NCBI GenBank assembly: GCA_051530055.1
Contig: CM121341.1
Location: 14,548,784-14,612,783 of the forward strand
Source of the DNA: Neoechinorhynchus agilis
Lineage: Eukaryota; Animalia; Acanthocephala
DNA: 64,000 nucleotides
Direction of reading: 5' to 3'
Part shown: piece after piece, positions 11,760 through 23,100 of the stretch
Numbering within the stretch: position 1 is the first letter of the stretch
Layout of the letters: each line of letters opens with the position of its first letter
The notes under the pieces: model-generated
The model's database searches: none
What the model saw: only the letters and a program-made list of their open reading frames with translations
Told to the model about the DNA's origin: nothing
Made by a program: the position numbers and the translations under genes

Positions 11760-13216
11760 AGTGGTAAACGGGGTTCAAAATCTACAAACGCCACTGGCTC
11801 ATAACCAAAGGGGACGAAATGCCGTCGAAAGGATGGAAAAAATAACTGATGGGTCCCGATTCCTCGGGATTTAACTGAGAATCTGAACGGGGATATACAA
11901 AACTATTTACCAGACAGATAAAATAATTCAATACTTGCCCCAAGCACAAACTTGCAGAGTTTGTACATTCCGGAATAGTTTCAAGGTGGTCTAGTGGACA
12001 TGAGTGCCGAATCCCTGTTTGAAGGAGTTTTACAGGAGAATGACCGATTGGGAGTATTTCCTCGTTCTCCGGTTGCCAATCTTTCCTTAACAACCGGAGA
12101 ACGAGGAAAGACTCCCAAACGGTCATTCTCCTGTAAAACTCCTCCAGAGACAAAGACAAGTCCCACCTCATTGCTTCAACATCCGACATCCAGACAACTT
12201 CAGCAAAGATAGATGCTTGCAAGTGTATGGATCGTTCTTCTTAATTAATGAAATGTGTTTATATATAAAAGGTTTCAAAATCCAAAAACGCCGATGTCTC
12301 AACCAAAGGGGACGAAATACCGTCGAAAGGAAGGAAAAAAATAACTGATGAGTAAATCCTCCTCGAGGGTTTCTGAGAATTTGGACGACGATATACTAAA
12401 CTCTTTACCGTCTACCCAAACATAAGATAAAATAATTCAATACTTGCCCCAAGCACAAAATGGCAGAGTTTGTACATTCCGGAATAGTTTCAAGGTGGTC
12501 TAGTGGACTTAAGAGCCGAATCCCTGTTTATGGATGGCAAAAGGGTTCATAATTTATCATCGCCAGTGGCTCATAACCAAAGGGGATGCCGCTGAAGGGA
12601 GGAAAAATCTAATTGATGAGTCCATCCTCCTCGGGAGGTATCTGAGAATCTGGACGGAATATACAAAACTCTTTACCGTCTATCCAAACATAAGATAAAA
12701 TAATTCAATACTTGCCCCAGGCACAAAATGGCAGAGTTTGTACATTCCGGAATAGTTTCAAGGTGGTCTAGTGGACTTAAGAGCCGAATCCCTGTTTATG
12801 GATGGCAAAAGGGTTCATAATTTATCATCGCCAGTGGCTCATAACCAAAGGGGATGCCGCTGAAGGGAGGAAAAATCTAATTGATGAGTCCATCCTCCTC
12901 GGGAGGTATCTGAGAATCTGGACGGAATATACAAAACTCTTTACCGTCCATCCAAACATAAGATAAAATAATTCAATACTTGCCCCAGGCACAAAATGGC
13001 AGAGTTTGTACATTCCGGAATAGTTTCAAGGTGGTCTAGTGGACTTAAGAGCCGAATCCCTGTTTATGGATGGCAAAAGGGTTCATAATTTATCATCGCC
13101 AGTGGCTCATAACCAAAGGAGATGCCGCTGAAGGGAGGAAAAATCTAATTGATGAGTCCATCCTCCTCGGGAGGTATCTGAGAATCTGGACGACGATATA
13201 CAAAACTCTTTACCGT
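11760..13216. repeat. Tandem repeat family with a 268-bp period (about 3 homogeneous copies plus more diverged 5' copies)
   Basis: CGCCAGTGGC at 12561, 12829 and 13097 (268 apart). Diverged copies lie at 11790-12020 and 12290-12550. Confidence 0.93.
12024..12142. repeat. Near-perfect hairpin, 52-bp arms and 15-nt loop
   Basis: 12024-12075 is the reverse complement of 12091-12142 at 50 of 52 positions. Confidence 0.95.
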
Positions 13217-13391
13217 GTGGCAGTTCAATCACTTTCCTCATTCAAGAAATCAGCGGACCTTGTGCCTAAATGTAATCGTGTTGATTAACTTCATTAACGT
13301 TCTTGATGCCGTTTTTCACTTCTTCACACATACGAAAGAATCCTACGTCTATTTTCGTTTTCGTTCTGGACTACTAAAAGTGAGATTATAC

Positions 13392-14733
13392 ATGAAAAGC
13401 GCCGAAGACTGTGTTCGAACTGTGAGATCGTCACTAAACGATCTGATTTCGTGCCATCACAGCGAAATTGCTAAAATAGACCGTGATGTAGTCTCAAAAA
13501 GTATTGATCAAATTAAGGTATTTTAGAGTCCCTTTTTCTCTCGCTTAATTCTCCGAAACAGAATATGGTAATCGATGCCGATACGATCAATATGGTGGCG
13601 ACGAATTTGTCCACTCAGAACGCCGAGGTCGCCCAACTTCTCCGTGAACTATACGAGTATTCCATTTTTGCTTCAATCTACGTGGAAAGACTTTGCGACT
13701 TTTGCTTTTTCTATTCTCTTCTAAAAGTCTTCTATTTCGATTTGTGAGTTTTTAAAGAATGAGAATAATCATTCAATTTTTCTCTAGACACAATGAAAGT
13801 GACCGAATGTACGAGGTTGTTTCCCTGTATCTTCAATATCTTCTATCGTGTTACCGAATGGCAGAATTTCAAACCGAGCTCCAATCTTTAAACTTTAATG
13901 CAATCAATACGGACAATCATCTTATCTTTGCTTGCTTACTCGACCGCTATCTAATGGAAGGAAGCTACAATAAGGTACTTGTATTTATCTATATTTCTTC
14001 ATTTCTTATTTTACACCAAAATTTTACCGATTTAGTTGTATTCGTCACTCAAAATCGCTCCGTCGGAGTATTCGAGATTCTTTGTGGCTCGACTACTAGA
14101 ATCAACTCGCGACGAAATCGCTTTATGCATCGAAAAAGCTTACGAAAAAATGAGATTAACGCATCGAATTTGCGATTTTTGTCAGTATGGTCTTCATTGT
14201 TTTTAAAATTTTTACTTGAACATTTAGCAAATTAATACTCATAGAAACTCTTTAAAGTATTTTTCAACAATTCGCGATTTTAAGAGTAAATCTTAAAAAA
14301 CGCAAATAGTTAGTCAACAAAAAGTCTAAGAATCGCAGAATCCGTAGTGCGGATGAATTTTCGTTACCGTTCGTCGACTAACAATCTGCGTGTTTTCAAA
14401 AGAAGCTAAAACTTACGAATCTTTATTCGATGCCACAGACGAGGTTAGTGCACTGCTATTCTGCAATTCCGATGAAATGCTCTCTGGATTTATTCACTCG
14501 GTATATCTAATTGCTCCAAAACGTATAAATACCAATACGTTTAGCGAAACTGGAAACTTAGTGATGATGGATACATTTATCTGGCCAAAGTATCCGACGA
14601 TAATGAATTTAAAATTGGTCCTAGCAGCTGTTTGATCGGGACAGAATCGTCTGAAGGAACAGAAGATGAAAGTGCTCTTGGTATAGCAGGAGAGCTCATA
14701 GGATGCGCTGTTGAATTGGAAGCGATTATCTGA
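13392..14733 (+). CDS. PSMD8: 26S proteasome non-ATPase regulatory subunit 8 (Rpn12), multi-exon
   Basis: LLDRYLMEGSYNK, STRDEIALCIEKAYEK, RNWKL and the C-terminus ELIGCAVELEAII match PSMD8. It has four short GT-AG introns plus one stem-closed insert. Confidence 0.9.
14158..14436 (+). other. Stem-closed intervening sequence in PSMD8 (279 nt by homology)
   Basis: GCATCGAAT (14161-14169) is the perfect reverse complement of ATTCGATGC (14425-14433). Removal gives AYEKMRLDEVSALLFCN, collinear with AYEKILFTEATRILFFN. Confidence 0.65.
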
Positions 14734-15241
14734 GTTTTCTTATCAAGCATCGCTCGTATTCTTTCAATGAAAGGAGAGGATTCCATTCAGCAGTTTCTTT
14801 TTTCCGCGCGTTGATCCTTTCCGCAGCAAAGTCGTAACAGCTTACAGCTATTTCCAAACATTGAATACGATCAATATGGCAAGTATTAAGTCATTTTTGG
14901 ATACTCTGCCACACCTCCACTCGAAGATTTAAAATTGAGAGTCTAAATTCAGTTAATGAACCATGAACCGTAATTTATATTCTATTACTACATTCATATG
15001 TGCTTTAGTAGCCATTCGATCGTGCCATTCGATCGTTTTCAGTATGATTTAAGCAAAAGGACTTTAAGCAATTTCAAACACTTTTAATCGGCTTTTTGGT
15101 GAATCTCATTCAAAGGGCTGAATATGATCTTTCAAAATTTTGCAATACTATTTCCTCTGTGAGTTTTTCTGAAGCTACTAGTATAAAAATGTGAACTAAA
15201 TATGGCACATACGTACTTACATTCATAAAACCCGTTTTCAG

Positions 15242-17020
15242 ATGTCGGTAGAAATCCTCGAACTAGCGAATTCGGTTCTACCGTCGCTCAGGTTTGTCTA
15301 ATTTGGTTGTAATTTCATTTTCTCGACATTTATATACAGCGAGCTCCACTTAAATATTGATATGTCCAGTATTGTCGAAGCTCTTACATCGACTAATGGA
15401 CTAATCTTTTTTTCGCAGCTGGTTTCCACAATAAGTACTCAATTGAACTCTTTATTGGAACTTGAAGATACAATCCAGTCAATTGAATCTGATGCGGAAT
15501 CTGAATACTTTATTGTTGATTTACGTGGTCTGTTGAGATCTCTGAGTTAGTCATCTTGGCAAACAGCTCATTGAAACACTCACCTTTTTAAGGTTATCCC
15601 TATTGTGATTTTAAAAACGTTCAATTGATTGATTATTTGGAATTTACACAGAATAGATACTGTATCCTGGGTAGAGTTAAGCTTTATGATGCGACTCTCC
15701 AGCAAAGAAAACGAATTTATTAGACTTTCTGATCGGAGAAGTGCTTGCAGCTCGGATGACTGCAAAACCAAAATCGAGTGAAAACCCCTCTCAAATGACG
15801 GTGAGTGTTTTTCTTCTAAAAAATAGATTCTGTAGCTAATGCTTAGGACGAGGATAAAGCGATACTTTGCATACAGAACATTATTAGCACTTTGAACATT
15901 CAGATTTCTGAAGATAGAAGAGATGCTGTAAACGCTTTGAATACCATATCAAATACGGTAAGTTTCCACGTTGGTTGTCGATGCGAATATGTGCAAAGGA
16001 CAATTAGAATATTTAGTCGTAAATTCATTTGTTTGAATCTTTTAATTTTCGTTTTTCCCCATGCTCATATTCAATCGCTTCTTAATTTTGATTTTCCAGT
16101 TGTTGAAGAAATTATCATATTTACTACATTAATCACCAATATTTTCCATTTTTAAATGAAAAAGATCGACGGACTATTGGCAGCCTTACCAAACAAATCT
16201 CTTCCTCCTCCGCTGCTTAAATTCACACTGTCAGGCAGACAATGGGAACGATTGGCATATTTCGTTAATGTCCTACATCAAGATTATAAGGCTAGAAGAC
16301 AAATGCTCCTAAAACGACTCGAAGTCACTGTTAATTCGTTTCTCTGGTCGGATCGTACGAAGGTTAGAGAAATATTGCTGAGTTTTTGGGTGAGCTGCAT
16401 ATTGTGACTAGAAATTGGAGAAGCAAATTATGGATATCTACAATGATAGGATTAGACATCTAAGTGAAGAACCGATCGTTGAATTGTCTCATTTGCTGGC
16501 CTCACGAGAAGGTCTTTGTACTGAAGAGAAAACTTGTAGGACATCAATCCAGTCCACGCTTCAGAAACTTACGATCGGTGCCGTTCCTTTTCGAGGTGGA
16601 CGTGTACAGGATTATAAACCACTGGAGACTGAGACTTTTGAACAACAACAGCGAGCCAAGCAACAAGATAGAGGTCGTGGCCATCATCGCGGTGGTCGCG
16701 GTGATTTTGGTGGCGGGCGCAACAGTTACTTTGACTCTAGCCATCGTGGTAGGAGAGAAGAGCGCGGTGGCTTCAATCAAACGAGAAGAGTCGATCACCA
16801 AGCTCCAATTTTCGACGATCGATATTCCCACTTCGGTGGTGGACGGCACGATGACAACCGATATTCTTACACACGGCAGGGCGATTTTTATGATACGGGG
16901 CGGAATTATGGTTATGATGATAATAGGGGTGATTACGGCGATCAGGATTTAGAGTTTCATCGTGGAGGCGGTCGTAGAAGAAGAGGGCGCCGTGGAGGAA
17001 ATTATGGAAGAAGATATTGA
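15242..17020 (+). CDS. FAM98: FAM98 family protein (RTCB/tRNA-ligase complex associated) with RGG-rich C-terminus, multi-exon
   Basis: QDYKARRQMLLKRLEVTVNSFLWSDRTK, HLLASR, TIGAVPFRGGR and an RG/RGG tail. Introns are canonical. Confidence 0.88.
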
Positions 17021-17991
17021 CCAATAGCTAGCTGATTAAAAACAATTTGTTCGCCAATCGAAAATTCAGTAGGGGAACGTGCTTAATTGATTTTTCAATT
17101 CGTAGCTTTCGAAATGAATTTTTCTTTATTTGCACTACAAAATATTCGCATGTTCGATAAAATAAGTCTGAGAATCATACTAGTTCGTAAATACCAGTAA
17201 CAAAAACCGCATCGTTTTGAAAACTAAAAACCGATAAAGTACCTATTGTTCTTTTTATAATAATTTGCACATTAGTATGATAAAGCAACTTAAAAATTTT
17301 AATGGTGACATTTAAAGCGTCCATCTAAAAATTTGCTGCGAACAAATGAGTACGGTGAATTAAATTTTGATTTGCTCTGTTTTTTTGAATCTTGTCAGCG
17401 GTATTTTAAGCATAACGATCGTCAAGATTCTTTAATGCTAGTGTTTCATACTACGCTAAACAGCGAACTAAGACCTTTTCGCTGTTTCTTGTGTAACACT
17501 TCTCTGCTCCTATCTGGATATGTACTCTGCGAAAAACAAAGATTCTTGTGATCTCATGAATCTACAATCTAGTTGGATTTGAATGTTACGCATAAATTTC
17601 GGCGACAAAAAATGAGAACTTTTAGCAAAGGTTCTTATGCTCCACGGACAGAAGGTGATTTCTTATACACTACATTATCCTCATTATTTTTATGTAAACT
17701 AAAAGATTGAGTCTTTTAAATTTAACTAGTTCTGGACTGGATCTCTTTAATGCCACTCAAGATCACACTCACTGTAGAACGATTAAAATTGAGTTCTATA
17801 CATTTACAAAACGTTTAGAACTACTTTGGTTAAGTAAAACACTGCAGGATTTTCCTATTATCTGGCCACTATCAAATTAGTGCACGTTCTATTTGCATGA
17901 GAGTGATCTTAAAACCAAATCTCGTGTTAAACGACTTTTCTGATTGAAGATTTATTCCATCCAGCAAAAAGACGCCTTTTCGCAATTTCAG

Positions 17992-19977
17992 ATGAATTTC
18001 TCATCCATTCTCATTAAATGCCTATCATCTCCGTGTTTTGCAACTAGCTTTCCACTCCGTTTCATCCATCATTCGCGAACACTAAGCTCATTTTATCAAA
18101 GTAAGACAGAATGTGGCAGTGTGTGTTTGATAGAATTCCTCTTTATCCGAAATTGCCATTCCAGATACCGCTTATGAAATATGGAAATGCAATAGTAGTG
18201 TTAGCAATGCTGGCGCACGAAAAGGGCGAGGGCGTCGTGGAGTTGTTAGACGAAAGGATTTGAACATCGGTCAGATAATTGGGAAAGGTGCGATATGTGC
18301 ATTTCATTTAAAGTCATTTGACGTTTAAAACAAGGTCGATTGAAGTTAGCCATTCCTGGGCTAACTACGGAAATTAAAATTGATGACCGTTCAAATAAAA
18401 TTACGGAGATCGGTGAAGATGAGGAATTTGATAAACGATTGCAAGATTCTCGCAATAGGGCACAGGCATTTCGGTGTGTATTCATTATTTTCTAATATTT
18501 AAGGTTGTATTTTTAAGGAAATTAACTGTATTGTCTACGGAGCGGGGATGGACTGGTGGCCATATGGGTGGACGAAGTGCGGGAAAAATAGAACAAGTTG
18601 ATAACAATCAATCAGGATGTTCGATTTTTTCCAATGAATTATGCAATCATTTAAAAAAAACGTATTTAGTTGATCTTGAATCCTTCCAAACTCGCATTCT
18701 CTACTTGTCACAAAAGCAGATAATGACGAAGGTTTTTGGGAGGAAAAGAAGGGTTCGTGCTCTCGTTGCATGTGGAAATGGAAATGGAGTTGTTGGTAAC
18801 GTCATATTGAGAAACCCAAATCACAGTCTAAACTAGCTTTTCGTAGGTCTCGGTGCAGCTGTTGGGAACTATATAGCTCCTGTCCTTACGAAAGCAAAAC
18901 AAAGATCTGCTAGAAATTTGGTCCATGTATATCGCAATGAAGATCAAAGCGTTCTCCATGATTTTGCACAGTCATATGGGTTTGCCGAAATGTATGTGAG
19001 TCGACGTGGACCGGGACATGGATTAATATGCCATCGATTGATTAAAACGTTATGTGAACTGATTGGCATAAAAAACATTTATGCGAAGCAAATCGGCACG
19101 ACAAATCCGGTTTCGATGGCTAATGCATTTTTAATCGGCTTACTAAAACAGGTATGTCAAAAGACCGCTGATGCGAATAGTATTGGCTTTCGATTCCATA
19201 GAAATCGTATCAAACAATTGCAGATGAGCAAAGATTGTTGGTGGTAAAAATGGATCCTTTATGGCAGGCGTGTCGGCGAAATTTTATAAGGGGAGAACTT
19301 CTTTAATTAAGACCTTCTTCACATGCCACAACAAGTTAAAGTTAACTTTTTTGGTGATCTAAATTGTCTTGACATTATCTTTTAACGCGATTTGATTTAT
19401 TTTAAGTTGCACATTTTTGAGTTCCACTTATTAAATAGACGAAAACCTTTGAAAAAGAAAACTTTTATTTTTATTATCAGATAAGCGCAGTTTCCGTAAT
19501 AACAAAATGAAGGATACTAAGCCTGGCTTAAGCATTGTTTTCGGTTTAAGTCAAATTAGAAGGCGATATTTTATAAAGTTGTCAATTAAACACAAGGAAA
19601 CGTTTAAGACTAATAAGTGTCCTAATTTCCATATTGAACTGCAGAAAGTGCGGCGGAAATATGTATTCTTTAAAATAAAATAGAGTTTTGACACGCCTGT
19701 GAAACGGCACAATTATCCGGAATTATTAGCTGAACCAAAAGATCCGTTGGTGGAGATCGATCCAGAGCACGAAGTTGATTTTGATAGGATTTGTCTTAAA
19801 GGTCGAGTACCGCTTACTCACATTCCAACTCATCATGCCAGTGTCATGAATATCAATACTGAAGATTATTACACTCGGTATCTAGGAAAAAGGATTCATC
19901 CTGTAAGACTTTACTCAAGCTGTACATCTCTCGTATTTTTCATTATTAATAGAAACGATATCACCGGAAAAAGTTAG
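17992..19977 (+). CDS. MRPS5: Mitochondrial ribosomal protein S5 (uS5m), multi-exon
   Basis: GARKGRGRR...KDLNIGQIIGKGR, ERGWTG, RKRRVRALVACGNGNG, GHGLICHRLIKTLCELIGIKNIYAK, KSYQTIADEQRLLVV. Confidence 0.9.
19259..19703 (+). other. Stem-closed intervening sequence in MRPS5 (443 nt by homology)
   Basis: CAGGCGTGTC (19265-19274) is the perfect reverse complement of GACACGCCTG (19690-19699). Removal gives VVKMDP(L/K)RHNYPELLAEP, collinear with VVEIREECGPLPIVVASP. Confidence 0.7.
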
Positions 19978-20125
19978 TGGAGTCTCTGGCGATTGATGAT
20001 TTTGATGACTCCAAGTGGCGTTATCCATTTCCTACTGCGCCAAAAATCACTGAGATCAGCCAATAAATTTGATTTTGAGTTTAATTATGTTTCACAACAT
20101 GTTCCGTGCCTTGTATTTCAGAGAT

Positions 20126-23100
20126 ATGGTCGACAGTAAACAGTCTGATTGGGTCAGCTTCTTCGCAACTGGTCAAACAACTTCCAACGACGATTTCGAC
20201 ATAGAATTCGATCCTTTGTTTTCGCCTAATCAATCAATTCAATCAGTGCAATCGCAAACAGTGCCCATAATTAAGCATGATCCCTTCACACATACGCAAA
20301 CCGGTTAGCTTTTTATCGATTTTAACGTTTGATATTTGATTTGCAAAGTTTTCGATTGTTAGCTAATTTTTAATTATTAGTTGGGAAAATGAACATTCTA
20401 AATTCAAGTCCAGGGACAGAACGAAGGCTTCATTGTCAAGTGGTAAATTGAAGTTGTTTAAATCATTCCCTCATGAAGACTAGTATTCATATCTAATCTA
20501 AAACATTTTCAAAGCATTTTATTTCATGCTCGTTTATCGCGAGCATGCTATATTTTTGTTCAATGTTTTTCGTTCACTTTCTTTTCTCTTTCGAGATTCC
20601 TCTAATGACTGTCATTTAGAAGATTCGTCGGAACTTTGCATAGCTGAGCTTCTTTTGGATAAGCTTGAAGCCGACAGATCGGAGGCTTCAGTTTCACCCC
20701 CTTATCCACAAAAAATTGTATCTCAACCAGATTCTATAATAGATGACTCTTTCTCATCGTTATTGCAATCCAAAAAATCGGGAAATCCCAATTCGTCTTT
20801 TGCTACTCCAGAAAGCTTTTACTCGGTATTTTCGCAAATATCCCAATTGACTGATCAGTACAAAACGAGCGACGACGAAAATGAACCGTCAAATCTACTT
20901 CAAGTTAATCGATCGCAAATCGGCCGATCTGCTCAAAGCATTGATCTTTTACATTCCGAATCCAGTTATGAGATTGCTAAGGTGTCCAACAAACTCGTTA
21001 ATCTCTTAGGAAAGAGTGGATTCGACTAAGATGTACCATTTGACGAATCTAATCTTGATAGAAGAAAATGAAGGACGTCGGCCGTCGACTGTTCTAGATC
21101 AAGACCTTGATCCAATTACACTTCAACCTCTAAAAGCAGCCTCACCTACCGAAGAACACGACCACGATTCTGAAAATTCGTGGTTCGTAATGGTAAGAAC
21201 TCCTCTTCCCAAATCAAACGAGCAACCCCGTTCGTGGTTGAAAGCTTTTGTTAAATACATTCCTCATCCACAGCACTGTCTCCAAATATTCTGCGCTTCT
21301 TCATCACCAACACCTGAAGCAGGAGATACAATGGTCGTCGAAGTTCCCTTATTGGCACGATACAAGTGCTCATACGTGCGCCTACAACAGTCAATGCGCA
21401 ATCGACCATTGCACTCCTTCAAAGTCTTTGATCCGGAATCAGCCACAGGTCGAACATCCGCTGGAACATCTTTGTTAACCACTGGTAAACGAATCTTCAG
21501 GCGCATTTCATTGCTTAGCGATGTTATTCCGTCCTTATCAGATATGGGTTTGAGCAAATCAAAGTCTTCGCCTTACATTCGGTGTAAAGAAATTATCAAA
21601 TTCGGTTATGAAGATATTCGTGGAGCTGAGAAAATGCGAGATGATTTGGATGTAATAATGTGGAACTGTCCAGCGCCGTCGCCTGTATCACCCACAAATC
21701 CAATCGTAAACCAGCAGCTAGAGGATGTCGTGGTTAAGGTACGCGAGGAAATCGAGTGTCATGTAAAAGAATGTGGAGATCGGTACCTTAGCTGCCGAAA
21801 TCGGGTTTATGTTTCATACAATGCAACTGCTGGAAACAGCATTGAAATTGGTCTAAACTTTAGGGAACGATGTGGCAGGGAAGTAGTGAGACGAGAGGAG
21901 ATTCTCCCTTTAAAAAACGAATTATGGATGAGAAGCGTGGCCTGGACACAGTTGCCCGATAATGGAATCGTGGACCATTGCGTTTTTCGTGAGAGTCGGT
22001 TGCTGAAATATCAGCCTGTATCTGGTCATGAGCTATGGATGCTTTTTCTTATCGTTTATTTTCTATTTTCAATAAGTCCTTTAGAACTAAGAACGACTGT
22101 TTCACGAAAGGCCCTAAAAATTGTCATTTTGAAGAGAATTGAGCATTCTATGCTGCTATGATACTGGGTAGTGATATTTTATTTTAGAACAAGGAAGCGT
22201 TGCAATCAATAGAAAACATATCCGTCAAATAGACTAGATCAGTCTTAGCTTTAACGGGTGGCTTTAAGGAGGATTGTGTAAGCAATCTCCATAACTTGTC
22301 CTCCTCCACGTAAGCCTATTCGACGTATCGATAAAAACCTGTTTACTGATTGAGTTAAAACTTAATGAAAATCTAGTATCCTCTTGTTTCCATATCAATG
22401 CATCATAAATTATAATCTTCGGTAGGTAAACTCTCTTTAGAAAGGAGCTGATGCTTTTCGCCATCGTCCTTGAGAACTTTTGTACAATTTTTAAGCACTT
22501 CTTAACGTACCATTTTGCAAATCGCATCCATAACTTCGGCGGATCAACGCCTTTAGTATTTGTAGTGGTTTGTATAATGAGATCCCCAACCGAAAACATC
22601 TTTTTGTAGTGGCATCTATTTTGTATAACACGGATTCCAATGAAGTATTTCTCAATATAAACTTTCTTGCACTTGGAAAGTTAATACCGTGAACTCTGGA
22701 GTGCTTTACGGATTATTCTCAGATCCTGGTCTTGAAGAATAGCTCCTCGTAATCTGGACGGAGCTCCCGGAGATTTTGTAATTGGAATTAGTATGGTTTT
22801 TGTTCGTTTCTTTGGCCAGATTAGCACTTGCTAAGATATAATCCAATTCTATGGGGAGCAGATCCTTCGTTTGGTATATGAGATTTTTGCCTTTCTTTGT
22901 TATGTACCGGGAAAAAGATATCCGCATACACAAATATGCGGACATGTAGCGATAAACATAAAAATTTTAATTACATTCCATCCATTTTGACAAAAAGTTG
23001 CCGTTTCGCTAAGATAAAATTTGACACCCAAAGAGTCCTCATGTTGTTAGTAGCCGGAATGCTGTCTACTTAAATTTAAACAATCCCGTATTTCAAAAAG

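Noticed and set aside
11760-13216. CRISPR-like array
   Set aside because: Whole units repeat with no unique spacers, there are no cas genes, and the context is eukaryotic.
14577-14786. Antisense ORFs over PSMD8, FAM98, CPSF3, NPC1, LIMK and CABIN1 (e.g. 14577-14786, 16544-16849, 44645-45067, 46463-47023)
   Set aside because: They are shadow frames of recognisable genes on the other strand.
15958-16164. Long FAM98 intron (and NPC1 intron ~52015-52266) as stem-closed inserts
   Set aside because: Both have GTAAGT...AG ends in the correct phase and no terminal complementarity. I used them as controls.
17540-17946. Possible small multi-exon gene between FAM98 and MRPS5
   Set aside because: Splice-like signals and short open frames are present, but I could not build a supported model or recognise a product.
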